Below are positions 1 to 13,770 of a stretch of 64,000 nt of DNA, one piece after another. The position numbers and the translations under genes were made by a program. Under the pieces are notes generated by a model that was given only the letters and a program-made list of their open reading frames with translations, was not told the origin of the DNA and ran no database searches. How positions within the stretch are numbered: position 1 is the stretch's first letter; each line of letters starts with the position of its first letter. Source of the stretch: the human T2T-CHM13v2.0 reference genome, Homo sapiens; assembly GCF_009914755.1 (NCBI RefSeq), contig NC_060926.1. One strand, 5' to 3'.

Positions 1-2033
1 CCAATGTTCATGGATCAGAAGAATTAGCATTGTTAAAATGATTGCTACCCAAAACAATCTACAGATTCAATGCAATCTTTATCAAAATAGCAATGACATC
101 CACACAGAAATAGAATAAAAAATCCTAAAATCTGTATGGACCCTCCAAGGACACTGAATAACCAGAGCAATTCTGAGCAAAAAGAACAAAGCTAACATCA
201 TCAAAATACCAGACTTCAAAATATACTACAAAGCTGTGGTAACCAAAGCTGCATGGTACTGGCATAAAAACAAAAACAGACCACTGGAACAGAATAGAGA
301 ACCCAGAAATTAATCCATGTAACTACAGCCAACTGATTTTTGACAAGGGCACCAAGAACATAGATTAGGGAAAGGACATCTCTTTGATAAATGCTACTGG
401 GAAAACTGGATGTCTATATGCTGAAGAATGAAACTAAACCCCCACCCCTCTCTCTATACAAAAATCAACTCAAAATGAATCAAAGACCTAAATTTAAGAC
501 CTAAAACTATAAAACTACTAGAAGCAAACAAAGGGAAAATGCTTCAAGACATTGATCTGGGAAAAGATGTTATGAATAAGACCTCAAAAGTACAGGCAAT
601 AAGAGCAAAAATAAACAAATGGGATTATATCAAACTGAAAAGGTTCTATACGGCAAAGGAAACAATCAACAAAGTGGAGACAACCTACAGAATGGGAGAA
701 AATATTTGTAAATTACCCATCTGACAGAGGATTAATATCCAGACTATACAAGCATCTCAGACATCTCAACAGCAAAAAGCAAACAATCCAATTTTAAAAT
801 AGGCAAATGATCTGAACAAACATTTCTCAAAGGAAGACATGCAAATGGCCAATACATACATGAAAAAAATGCTCAACATCACTAATCATCAGGGAGATGC
901 AAATAAAAACCATAATGAGGTATAATCTCACCCCAGTTAGGATGGCCATTATCAAAAAGACAAAAAAGAAATAGCAAATACTGGCAAGGATGGAGAGAAA
1001 AAGGAACTTTTATACACTGTTGGTGGGAAAGTAAACTAGTATCGTCACTATGAAGAACAGTATGAAGGTTCCTCAGAAAACTAGAAGTAGAACTACCAGA
1101 TGATCCAGGAATTCCACTACTGGGTATTTATTCAAAGGAAAGAAAATGAGTATATCCAAGAGACATCTGCACCCCATGTTTATTGCAGCATTATTCACAA
1201 TAGCTAAGATATGGAATCAACCTAAGTGTCCAACAACAGACAAACTAATAAAATGTGTTACAGGAGCATACGTGTTCTCACTTATAAGTGAGAGCTACAC
1301 ACTGGGTACACTTGGACATAAAAATGAGAATAGATCCTGGAGACAACCTGAAGGAGGAGAGAGGGAGGCAGGCAAAGGTTGAAAAACTATTGTATACTAT
1401 GCTCACTTACTAGGGTGATGGTGTCAATCTACCCCAAACCTCAGCATAACACTATACACACATGCAAAAAACCTATACATGTACTCCCTGAATCTGAAAT
1501 AAAAGCTGAAAAAGGTGATATATATATATACACAATGGAATACTATTCAACCATAAGGAAAAATAAGATTTTGTCATTCACAGCAACATAAATGCAACTG
1601 GATGGCACTATGCTAAGTAAAACAAGCCAAAATCAGAAAGTTAACACTGTATGTTCTCAGTTATATGTGAAAGCTAAAGAAAAGTTGAGCTCATAGAAAT
1701 AAAAAGTAGAACAGAAGATACTAGGGTAGATAGTCAACTAGATACTCTAGTAGATACTAGAGAAGTGGCAGATAGGAGACATTTGTTAAAGGACAGCTAA
1801 AAAAGAGGAATAGGTTCTAGTGTTCTATAGCATTGTAGGATGACTATAGTTAAAAATAACATTATATAGATTCAAATAGTTAGAAGGAGGATATTGAATC
1901 TCCCCAACACAAAGAAATGGTAAATGTTTGAGATGATGAATATGCTAATTACCCTGATCCTATCACTATACATTATATGTATGGCAACATTACTATATTC
2001 CCCACAAATATGTACAGTTATTATGTGTCAATT
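1..2033 (+). mobile_element. L1MA4-like LINE-1 3' portion (ORF2 C-terminus and 3'UTR), interrupted at about 1261-1512
   Basis: ORF 539-724 ([23 protein letters not shown]) and 1146-1382 (PMFIAALFTIAKIWNQPKCP) are L1 ORF2 motifs. The 3'UTR ends tatgtacagttattatgtgtcaatt, typical of L1MA. Confidence 0.85.
1261..1512 (+). mobile_element. L1PA16/L1PB-type 3' end nested in the L1MA
   Basis: Runs tgttctcacttataagtg...ccccaaacctcagcat...ctgaaataaaagctgaaa. The host L1MA resumes at tatatatacacaatggaatac. Degenerate TSD aaaatgtgtta/aaaaggtgata. Confidence 0.75.
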
Positions 2034-2035
2034 TA

Positions 2036-4825
2036 GATGGATCCACTATTATATTAATTGTTGAAGATTTCAGCCAGGCACTGTGGCTCACACCTGTAAT
2101 CCCAGCACTTTGTCAGGCTGAGGCGGGCGGATGACAAGTCCAGGAGATCGAGACCATCCTGGCTAATACGGTGAAACCCCGTCTCTACTAAAAATACAAA
2201 AAATTAGCCAGGTGTGGTGGTGGGTGCCTGTAGTCCCAGCTACTCGGGAGGCTGAGGCAGGAGAATGGCATGAACCCAGGAGGCAGAGCTTAGCTTTCAG
2301 TGAGCCGAGATCACGCCATGGCACTCCAGCCTGGGTGACAGAGCAAGACTCCATCTCAAAAAAAAAAAAAAAATAGTTGAAGATTTCAATACCTCTCTAT
2401 CAGAAATGGATAGATATAGCAGACAGAAAATCAGTAAAGACACAGTTGAACAATACTCAACAACACTGTCAATCAACTAGATATAATCAACTTCTATAGA
2501 CTACTTTATCCAACAACAGCAGAGTACACTTTCTTCTTAAGCTCACTTGGAACATTTGCCAAAATAGGTAATATTCTGGATTATAAAACATACTTAAAAA
2601 TCTGAAAATAAATCATACAAAAAGTACTCTCAGGCCTCAATAGACTTAAACTAGAAATAAATAACATAAATATAGCTGAAAAATCCCAAAATACTTGGAG
2701 ATTAAGCAACACATGTCTAAATAACATATGGGTCAAAGAAAAGATCTCAAGAAAAATTTTAAAATATTTCAAACTAAATTTGAAAATGATGTTATAACTG
2801 ATCAAAATATGTGGGATTTAATGAAAGGACTGCTTAGAGAAAAATTGTTAGCATTCAATGTGTATATTAGGAAAGAAGAAAGATGCATAATCTAATCTTC
2901 CACCTTAGGAAACTAGGAAAAAAAGAGCAAATTAAACCCAAAGTGAGCAAAAGGAAAGACATAATAAAAATTAGAGGAGAAATCAATAAAATTGAAAACA
3001 GGAAATCAATAACAAAAAAAATCAATGAAACCAAAAGCTGATTCTTTGAAAAGATCTATAAAATCAATAAGTCTTTAGCCAAGCTAACTAAGAAAATAAA
3101 AATAAGGATAAAAACAATAAACAAAAACTTCCTGGAAATAATAAGCACTTATAGCAAGGTGACAGGATATAAGGTTAATGTATACAAGCCAATACCTGCC
3201 AATTCCAACTTTATCTATACATTCACTGCAACCCCAATCAAAAGTTATTTTGTGGCTACTGATAACTAATTCTAAAGTTTACCTGGAGAGACAAAAGACC
3301 CTGAATAGCCAACACAATATATAAGAATAAAGTTCTGACACTACCTGACTTAAGACTTACTATAAGCCTACAGTAATCAAGACAATGTATCATTGGCAAA
3401 GTGTAGACAGATCAACATAACAGAATAGAGAGCCCAGAAATAGACCCAAATAAATATAGTTAACTGAGCTTTGACAAAGGTGCAAATGCAATATACTGGA
3501 GCAAAGATTGTCTTTTGAACAAATGGTGTTAGAAAAACTGGACATCTATATGCAACAACCACAAAAACAACAAAAGAATCTAGACACACATCTCACACCT
3601 TTCACAAAAATCAACTCAAAATGTAACATAGATCTAAGTGTAAAATGTATAACTACAAAAGTTTTAGAAGATAACATATGATAAACTCTATGGGTATGGT
3701 TTGGTATAACAACCTTGAGTATAAAAATGTCATTTTAGATAGGATACCATAGGTATGATCCCTTAAAGAAATAATTGATAAGCTAGACTTTGTTAAAATT
3801 AGAAACTTCTACTCTGTAAAAGACAATGTCATGGAAATGAGAAGATAAACCACAAACTAAAAAAAGATATTTGCAAAAGTCACATTTGATAAAGAACTGT
3901 TATCTAAAATACGCAAACTCCCAAAAAATCAACAATAAAAAAAAACTAAATTAAAATTAGGTGAACGACCTGCATAGATACCTTTTCAAAGAAGATATAC
4001 AGATGGCAAATAAACATATATAAAAAGATGTTTAACATTATACAGCATTAGTGAATTGCAAATCAAAACAAGATTCCACTATACACTATTAAAATAACCC
4101 AAATCCAAAATACTGACACCACCAAATGTTGGTGAGACTGTTGAACAAGAACTGTCATTCACTGCTGATAGAAATGCAAAATTGTTCAACTACTTTGTAG
4201 AATGGTTTGGAGATTTCTTACAAAACTAAACACATTCTTACATACAATCCAGCAATCACGCTTCTCAATATTTACCCAAAGGAGTTGAAAATATGTTCAT
4301 GTAAAAACTTGCACACAATGTTTATAGTATATTTATTCATAATTGCCAAAACTTGGAAGCAACCAAGATGTCCTCAGTAGGTGAATGGAAAAATGAAATA
4401 TGGTACATCCAGTAAATAAAATATTATTCCATGCTAAAAATAAATGAGCTATCAAGCCATGAAAAATCATGGAGGAAATATAATGAACATTACTAGATCA
4501 AATAAACCAATCTGAAAAATCCACATATTGAATGATTCTAACTTTAGGACATCCTGGAAAAGAAAAAAACTATAGTGACAGAGAAAAGCTTAGTGGTTGT
4601 CAGAGGTTGCAGGGAGGGAGGGTGGGATGAGAAGGCAAAACACAAAAAGTTTTCAGCCAGTAAAACTATTTTACAAAATGAATGGTAGATACATGTCACT
4701 GTACACTTACCAAATACATAGAAGGTACAGAACTAAGAGTGAACCCCAATGTAAACTATGGCCTTTAGGTGACAATGATATGTCACCAGGGTCATTAATT
4801 ATAACAAGTATAATAACTTGGTGCA
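2036..4825 (+). mobile_element. L1MC1/2-like LINE-1, internally deleted ORF2 plus 3'UTR (hosts the AluY)
   Basis: Endonuclease-region sequence at 2388-3100 jumps to the late ORF2 at about 3110. 3'UTR motifs aaatgagctatcaagccatgaaaa and agagtgaaccccaatgtaaactatgg. Confidence 0.8.
2072..2371 (+). mobile_element. AluY
   Basis: AluY diagnostics gagatcgagaccatcctggctaa and gaatggcatgaaccc, A-tail, TSD aattgttgaagatttc (2056-2071) / aatagttgaagatttc (2372-2387). Confidence 0.92.
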
Positions 4826-4849
4826 AAGAATAACAACAACAAAAATTAT

Positions 4850-5610
4850 TTACATTCCAATATTTTTCTATCTAAATGGCCAACACTTACCTAGAGATAT
4901 TCACATACCCAGGCCTGTGCATTTGCTTACAAAAGACCTAAGAAAGCCCTGAACTCTCACTTCTGTTTAATCTTGAAGCTCTGTGCCAGGAGGAAGTGAA
5001 GGCTAAAGTAGAGTTGTAAATTGCTTGGCTGTGTTTCGAAATTATGCACCAACACATTGACAAAGCCCCTTAGCAAAGACTTGAAGACTTATCAGTTCTA
5101 GGTATTTAAGAAAATCTCTTTCCAATCACTATCTGACCACCAAACTAACTGAGCACAGCCTTCAGTGGCCATGTATGACATAACAGCATATTTTATATAA
5201 TTAGTTCATAAAAAGCACTAAACAACAACAAAAACCAACAGCAACACCAACATACAGCAATAACAACAAATCTTGGGAAAACGGAAGTATCTGATCTCTG
5301 GAGCTGGTACATTATATTATTTAAAACATCAGGTTTTTAACAACAACAACAAAATATTTAACATGCCACAAAGTAGCAACAAGGTGTGGCCCATACTCAG
5401 AAAATATAGACCTATCCCTGAGGTAGACCAGATATTGGAATTACTAGCCAAAGACTTTATATCAGCCATTTAAAATATGTTCAATGAACTACTATAAGCT
5501 ATGTAGAAAGAAGTAAGAGAATGATGTCTCAACAAATGACATATATCAATAAGGAGATATAAATTATTAAAAATGACCTAAATAGAAATTCTGAGATTGA
5601 AAACTACAAC
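4850..5610 (+). mobile_element. Ancient L1M 5'UTR/ORF1-start fragment
   Basis: ORF1-like end aaatagaaattctgagattgaaaactacaactgaaataaaaa, preceded by an L1M 5'-type region. Confidence 0.55.
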
Positions 5611-6305
5611 TGAAATAAAAAGACAGATAATGGCAAGTGTGGGTGAAAATGTAGAGAAATTAGGACCCTCACACATTGCCACTGGGTAAGGGTGATACAA
5701 AATAGTGCAGCTTTTGTGGAAAACCTTTTGAGAGTACCCCAAAAAGTTAAACATACAATCACCCTGTGACCCAGCAATTCTACTCCTAGGTATAAATTCA
5801 AGAGAATTAACTACACATGTCCCCATGAAAACTTGTACACAAATGTTCATAGCAGCATTTTCCATAATAGCTCCAAACTGGGAACAACACAAATGTGTAT
5901 CAACTGATAAACTGATAAATAAAATGTGGCATATCCACATAATGTAATATTATTCATGTCTAAAAAATGAATGAAGTGCTGATTCATACTGCAACTTAGA
6001 TGAACTTTGAAAACATTATGTTAAATAAAATAACTCACAGCCAGATGGGCAGATATTATATAATTTCATTTGTATAAAAATCCAAAATACTCCAATCCAT
6101 ACACAGACAAAATAGATTAGAGGTTGCCAGGTGCTAGATGGAGGGAAAAATGGAAATGACTGATAATGGTTGTGCAATTTCTTTTGAACACGATTAAAAC
6201 ATTCTAGAATTAAATAGTGGTGCACAACTTTGTAAATATACTAAAACCACTGAATTATAAACTTTTAAATGATAAATTTTATGGTATGTGAATTATATCT
6301 CAAAG
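5611..6305 (+). mobile_element. L1MB/L1ME-type 3' end
   Basis: ORF2 C-terminal motifs (cccagcaattctactcctaggtata; aaatgttcatagcagca) and the terminal ggtatgtgaattatatctcaa. Confidence 0.75.
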
Positions 6306-6342
6306 ATATTTATAAACACTATTGCTAAAACAAAATGAAATT

Positions 6343-6836
<494 letters not shown>

Positions 6837-6849
6837 TAACTCAAGGAAT

Positions 6850-7928
6850 GATGCAGAAATAAAACACAAGGAAAAAAGAAACAAAAAGTAAAAAGGCAGA
6901 CAAGCTCTAGTATGTCAACAATTACATTACACGTATGTGGTTAAAATAGACCAATTAAAAGATTTCTACATTGAGTTTGACAGAGTGGATTTAAAACCTG
7001 ACTCAACTGTATGCTGTCTACAAAAAGCTCACTTCAGGTATAACAATATAGGTAGGTAAAACAGAAAAAAATGTAAAAAGATGTATCATGTGAAAATTAA
7101 TTAAAGAAGGAGTAGCTATATTAACATCAAATAAACAAAAATTACCAGAAACAGAGGAGGACAGTTCATAATGACATAATATACTAAGACAATATGGCAA
7201 TCCTAAACATTTATGCAGCAAACAACAGAGCTGTAAAAGGAGCAAAGCAGTAACAAAAAGAACTAAAAGGAGAAACAGACAAATTCATAGTCATAGTGAA
7301 ATACTTCAACATCCCTTTATCAGTAATCGATACTTTGACTATATAGAAAATCTTAAAGCATATAGAACAACTCCACAACACCACAAAGTATCTAATTAAC
7401 ATTCATAGGACACTTCACCCAACAACAGTAGAATACGCATTACTTTTACGTGCCCTTAGCACATCCTGGGCAGTAAAATAAACCTAAAAAATTAAAATAA
7501 TTGAAACCATATGGAGTGCATTCTCTGAGTACAATGAGTCAAACTAGAAATCAACAACAGAAAGATAGGAAAACCTTCAAATAGTTGGGCGCTAAACAAC
7601 ACACTTGTAGGTGATTCGTGGGTCAAAGAAGACCTAAGATAAATAAAAATTGACATTGAGCTGAATTAACATACATATGACAACCTACACATATACATAC
7701 ATAACATATACATACATATTACTACAATATACCACACTTTGTGGGAAACAGATAAAGCAGTGCTAAAAGGGAAATTTGCAGTAGTAAACAAATACATTGG
7801 AGAAGAAAAGTCTCACATAAATAATCTAAGCTTCTACCACAAAAACCTGGCAAAAAAGAAGAGCAAAATAAACCCAAAGTAAGCAGAAGGAAGATACAAT
7901 AAAGAGCAGAAATCAATGAAATTAAAAA
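6850..7928 (+). mobile_element. Old L1M ORF2 endonuclease-region fragment
   Basis: cacccaacaacagtagaatacgcatt; gataaagcagtgctaaaagggaaattt; aaacccaaagtaagcagaagg. Confidence 0.75.
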
Positions 7929-8004
7929 TCCGTTAGAAGATCTTAAATGTTGTGTAAAATTTAGCCAAGGGAAGGGAAGGAGTAGAAGTTACCTCAGCGT
8001 TCTG

Positions 8005-8455
8005 TTTGGTAATCTCTTGCTTGCAAGAAACAAAAATTCACTTAAACAAATCCCAACAAAAAGGCAGTTATTGGAAAGGTAGAGGTGAATCCAGGTGGCC
8101 CTGTAGCAGGTAGAGAGAACCTCATTGAAAACTGATTGCTATCATCTACTCTCCCACTACTCACATGGACCCCAGGAGCTAAATCTAATTCTGTTTGCAC
8201 ACCTACTCCACTCTCCTGATTTTTCTAGTATCTTTGCCTTCTCTGCTTCCTGGTAAGTTTGGCCCACAAAACTCATTGGCATGCTTTGGCACCAACTCCA
8301 GCCCTGAATATGTTCATTTTACATCTGGACTCACCATAGCTAACTAATTCAATCCCTGTATTCAAATTTCAAATTTCACAGAAGAATTTGCTAGCTTAAG
8401 TCAGATGTCCATTTAGTCCAGTTAACTGTAACTGGGTAAGGCAGAGTCATATGAA
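8005..8455 (-). mobile_element. Old MLT1 (ERVL-MaLR) LTR remnant
   Basis: ttgcttgcaagaaacaaaaattcact...gttattggaaagg and agtcagatgtccatttagtccagttaactgt...gtcatatg motifs. Confidence 0.45.
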
Positions 8456-8609
8456 AAAAAAAAGAAACAGAAAATAATAGATCCTGAGAAATGAAACAAT
8501 ATCTAAACCATCCTGACAGAAAATACACAGCTTAAATGAAGTAACCGAATGGTAATGGATTTTGCGGTACTTAGACAATTAAAATACTTCACCATGGTGA
8601 CATGGTGTA

Positions 8610-8978
8610 CAGCCTGGCTCCCAAACTCTTTGGCAAGTTAAAATCACCTGAGAAACCTTTAGTATTTTTCAATAATCAGAGCACACCTCAAGACAAATTA
8701 AATCACAGTATCTGGAGTTAGGGCATAGGAATAAGTAGTTTTTGAAATTCCACAGGTAATTCCAATATGTATACAATTTGAAAAAATACTTATGTAGAGA
8801 GGAGTGATTCTCCAATTTTGCTATACGTTAGAATCACCTAGAGAGCTTTAAAAATTCCATTGCTTAGCCAGTATCCCATACCAATTAAATCAGAATTTCT
8901 AAGGTAGGACCCAGTCGTCAGTAATTTTTAAAACACCTTAGGTGATTCCAACGCACAGCAAAATGTGAGAATAGTGGT
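8610..8978. mobile_element. Two adjacent MER5A1-like hAT-Charlie MITEs (about 8610-8790 and 8802-8978)
   Basis: Each copy has aatcacct...aattaaatca(c/g)a...aggt(a/g)attccaa, the MER5A1 near-palindromic layout. Confidence 0.7.
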
Positions 8979-9214
8979 TTAGAGTATAAGAGAACAGAAC
9001 AGACCGTAAGTGGGAAAAAATAATATGGTTCATGGATTTGGCAGGGACAAGACAAAAAGTATTTGTTTACCATAAAAGATAAGAAGAGAAAAGGAAAAAA
9101 AAGGAAAAGAAAAGAAAAAGCAAAGCCTCTTAATAAATGTATAGAAAGTGTCATATAAGGTATGAATGGAATAACATTTGTCTTTGAGAAAGATTACCCT
9201 ATCAATGATGAGAC

Positions 9215-9392
9215 AGACTCTCCCAAATGTAGACTTTCTTACCTTATGGGAGAATTACTTTCAGTGCTTGCTTTAAAAAAATTGACTTCAACTTTCAGAG
9301 TCTCTGACTTAGTTTGAGATGATGACTAGAGATTTGCATTTTTCATATTGCTCTAGGTGAATTTTATGCATGAACAGCTTGAAAATCACTGA
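9215..9392. mobile_element. MER5-family remnant
   Basis: gaattactttcagtgcttg...tttgcattttt...ctaggtgaattttatgcatgaacagcttgaaaatcactg. Confidence 0.5.
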
Positions 9393-10874
9393 ACTGGAAA
9401 AAGTCCATACTGGAGGTAAATATACTATTGCAGGTTATTTCAATCAACCAAATGAAGAAGAATGGAGGCCTGTAATAAGCCGGTTGAAGTAGATTGGAGG
9501 TACAAGTTTAGGAGGTAGAATTTTCAGGACGTAGTGACATGATTAGCTCAGGGAAAACATGGAAGAGGAAGATGTCAATGTTCTGTGACTTCAATGTTGA
9601 ATGGATGTTAGTGCTCAGATGGAAGATGATATAAGAAGATCTAGACTGGGGTCTGAGGATGGAAGATGCAGTAGAAAGAATCCAGTATTTACACGGTGCC
9701 TAATAGATGGCACAATTTCAATAAATACTAATTGAATGAATATTCTTAGCTATTTTGAGTTCAAAGCCCTAGAGTGGTATCTAAATATAATCTAATATAT
9801 GGGTTAAAGTTCAAAAGGAGCGGTATAGGCCAGAGCACTATGATAATCGTTAGCATTAGTGGTAGAAATAAAAATTGTACCATTCAAATCTTGATCTGTG
9901 ATGCAATATGAGTAAGCCAAATGTGGAAGACAATACACGTGAACTAAGAAGTATGAAGATGAAGACCATTCCACAACCAAAAGGAGAGACCACTGGGGTT
10001 AACTTTGCATACTCTCACCAGTTCTCAATGCCTATTCATAGTGCAGTTAAAAGCTCAATGTTCATCGTCCAGCGGAGGCAACATGACAACCCTAGAAGAT
10101 GCCTTACTGGTCCTCACTGTGGTCATGTGTGACCTTCCTTGACATCAACGATACCCCTCACTTGAATTCTGAAGCTCACACCTCTTAGGGCAATCCGACC
10201 TTAACCATCCCTACTCCAAGAACTGTGCGATTTCCCTTTTCAATTGCGGAAGCAAAAAGGGTCTTGTTTTGCCAACTTTGAGGGATAGTGTAGAGTTATC
10301 CACCCATTATCCTAAGAGCTACTACTATCTTATTTGTCTTCAGGAAGCTCTTTCTATTTCCTACCCTGATCTGAGGGAGGAAAATACTGACAGCACCCTA
10401 AAGTTGATCTGCCTTCCCAAGGTAATATTTCTCTCAACTCTCTGGCTGCAGCAGGGATCCTAAAAGTACCATTTGCTAAATTATCAGTACAGTATCCTGT
10501 TTGAAACAGGCCTTCATAACCTACAAGAAAATTACTTCCAGTGATTTCTTTAAGAAAAAAGTGACTTTAACTTTCAGATTTTCCTCTGCCCATCAGCTCT
10601 TTTGCAATTAAAGTAACAATGACTTATTTTCTCAACTCTCTGTACAGAAAACCATGAACACTATGGATAGATTGAACTACTGGGACCCAATAAGCCATTC
10701 AACAAATGAAACACACCTTGAGGTTTAGGAAATAGACCCAAAGATTGTAGAAAGGCCATAGGTTAGGCTTTATTATGCTAATTCAAAATAAAATTAAAGA
10801 TTTCTAAGGAAACAGAGTTGATCCCTCACCTGAGAATGACGAAGTAAGAGAGTGTTGCAGAAATAATCTATAAA

Positions 10875-10962
10875 GCAGCACACCAACATGGCACATGTAT
10901 ACATATGTAACAAACCTGCACATTGTGCTCATGTACCCTAGAACTTAAAATATAATAAAAAA
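10875..10962 (+). mobile_element. Very short 5'-truncated young L1PA 3' end
   Basis: gcagcacaccaacatggcacatgtatacatatgtaacaaacctgcacattgtgctcatgtaccctagaacttaaaatataataaaa is near the L1PA2-5 terminus. Confidence 0.9.
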
Positions 10963-11821
10963 TTATATATTAAAAAAATGAGGCTGATATATATACACTG
11001 ACATTGAAACATATTTAATGTAGACATTTAAGAGAATAAAAACAAGCTGTAGAATAAAAAAAAAGTGCACAATGTTATTTGTGCCATCCGTTGGAAATTA
11101 ACATGATTCCTTGAAGATGCATAGCAATCCAAGACCAGGTTGCATTTGCAGAAATGAACTTTTAATCCCATCAGCAGCATTCAGAACAGAAAATCGTTAT
11201 TCATAGTCTAATCTGACCTGGACTGGAGGTTTGCTTTAAATATGAAATAGTCTCAGCCATAAGACAAGTCTGTATGCCAAGATCACCAGTTAAAAAAAAG
11301 TGAAGAGAAATTGTAGGCTTGTGTAGTTTCCAAGTCTCTGTTATAAACTGTCCCAAACTGATCTGGTCTTTCTACAAGATGCTTTCTGGTGAATGTCCAA
11401 GCCCCCGATGATTAATGAGCTTGCTCCCAGGTGGCTTGCTCTAATGTTATAATGTAAGAAGGCTCAGACACAAACTTATAAACACATACAAACATTTACT
11501 ATCAGGCAAATACCAAAACATTCATGTGACATCCTCATTCTTTGTCATCATCGACAATCACAAGCATCTTTCATGAAAGTTTTATTCCAAAGCAAATGTG
11601 GATGGTACAGTAGATTGTCAGGAGATCCAGCTAAACTTGTAGTTATATAAGATGCCAAAATCTTCTGTTAAGTTTGGGGCAATAGACCAAATGAGTTCTA
11701 GATTGATTTTTGTGGTGCCACATAAAAGCTGCAATATTTTTAATCAATCATGTTTGGTCATTATTCATTTCACCAATGCAAGTATGATTTCTAATATCTC
11801 TTATGCTAATCAAAAACTGTC

Positions 11822-11985
11822 TAGTGCAGTGCTCCCCAAATTAATGTTTACAGAATCCTCTGGGGGTCTTGTTAAAATACAGACTCATAAGGTCTGGGTT
11901 GTGGACCTGAAATTCTGCATTTCTAATGTAGATGACAATGTCCTTGCTTCTAGTCTCTAGACCAGACTCTGAGTAGCAATAGGCT
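11822..11985. mobile_element. MER5A-like MITE
   Basis: cagtgctccccaaa...cagaatcctctgggggtcttgttaaaatacaga...aggtctgggttgtggacctgaaattctgcatttctaa. Confidence 0.7.
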
Positions 11986-12909
11986 AGTGCATATTTAGAC
12001 AGTGATATTGAAGTGCCTGCTTGAGCCTCCTCTGAGGTTTGTATTCCTGAGTAGGATCTTTAAAATGCTCACTTGCCTCTTTTGGAATGTAGATTTGAAA
12101 AGGATATGGCAAATGTTAAACAGTTATTTTGCCATAAACTTAATTTTCTCACACACATATCCAACGGCTTTTGCTGATGTATTTTAACTTTACTAATAGG
12201 CTTGCAACTAAAAGCGATGTTCCTTCTCATTGCTATTGGAACCATATATTAATTGACAATGCAATGTTTAGCATACATCAACATTAAACACAATAGGCTC
12301 CTTTGATAACAATGTGTGTTGTCTGTGCTACTTGCATCCAATCTAATTAGATGAGTTTTTATCCCAGCCAACTGAAGATTAATACATATACAGTATAATC
12401 TCTTAAAATATTGGTGCTTTGGTTTGTTAGTAAGAAACTACAATAGAATCTATTTCTGCCATTGGGCATATAATGACTCAAAAAATACAAATATACTACA
12501 TGTTTATTAGACAGTATGAATCAGTTCAGTGGCAATGGACAAAGATACTAGAGATACTAGGAGCTAGGCTTCACAGAATGCGTGAGTGCTTCGATATGGG
12601 CTTGAGGAACAGCCACTCCTTGCATTTTGCTCTAATGGTTTACTTAAAGCCTAATATTTCCAATATCATTTTTTCTTAAATTCTCTTTTCTGAACATTTT
12701 GGGTTCTCTAGAAGGTATTGGTTTGGCAAGAAAGAAACTTGACAGATAAGTCACACTATTAGAGTCACTATTATAGCCCACTTTTATAGCTGCCGTGTAA
12801 GACACTAGAATTGTCCTAGGACTCAACTTTAATATATATGTCTGGATCCTGAGAGAAAAGATCAAAGAGAAAGTATGGCTGTTATTAATTCCCAAAGTGA
12901 ACCATTCAA

Positions 12910-13500
12910 GATTATGTTAGGCTGCATGTAATTAATTGTAACCTTACTACTATGAATAAACCAAGGAGGGATTAATAAAAAATAGAGTGCTGCAGGGTTA
13001 TATAATTCCTGAGGGCCTTCTTCATATTGCAGCCCTTAGGATTCTGCTACAGCCCTTAGAATTGGTCCAACTGTAGCTACAGTGTGGACGGAGCCCCTTC
13101 CATGTGGTAATGTTGAGATAAGCAGGCAGTTAAGGCTGGTATGGCTTCTGAGTTCCATTTTCCTGCTCTGCCATCCTTAGAACATGCTTTTCTTCTGATT
13201 GCAAAGGTGAGCCCTGCAACCCCAGGAACTCTGTCCACATTTTCAATAGTAATATAGCAGAAGGGCAATCAATAGAGAGGCTTTTCCTCTAAAGTCTTTG
13301 ACTTTGGGACTGGGGAAGGGACAACCTGTCCAGGAATTGTTTGCCTATATTGCACGGCTAGAACTGAATTACATTGCCTCCTGTAGCTGCAAGGAAATCT
13401 GGGAAATAAGTATGGGATTACCCACAGGAAAATCAGGATTCTATTAGTAATGAACAGGGGAGTAGGAATATCAGATAGCAACTGGCAGTGTTTACTATAC
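12910..13500 (-). mobile_element. MLT1K/L-like MaLR LTR
   Basis: gctgcaaggaaatctgggaaat and aaaatcaggattctattagtaa...atagcaactggcagtgtttactata, the reverse complement of an MLT1K-type start. Confidence 0.55.
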
Positions 13501-13559
13501 CCAGTAACTTGAATTCAGACATTCTCCCAAGAGACTGAGGATGAGGAGGGCCTGAAGAA

Positions 13560-13770
13560 TATGCACCCATACCCAGTCTAGAATGCTCTAATTTACCATC
13601 TATTATCTTATGTATTTTATGTATTTGTTTTATATGTCTCTTTCCCACTTGAAAGCAAGTTTGATGTAAGCAGGATTTTTTTTTCCTTTTTGGTTAAATT
13701 CTGTATTTCCCAATTCTTAGAACAGTGACTGGTACAAAGGAGGTAAATAATATTTGTTACATGAGGAAAC
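13560..13770 (+). mobile_element. L2 3' end
   Basis: tgtctctttcccacttgaaagcaagttt...tagaacagtgactggtacaaaggaggtaaataatatttgt. Confidence 0.65.

Noticed and set aside
10963-11064. Possible L1 3' transduction (AATAAA and a second A-run after the short L1PA)
   Set aside because: The best TSD-like match (aaataatctataaa / aaattatatattaa) follows the first tail, and nothing matches after the second A-run.
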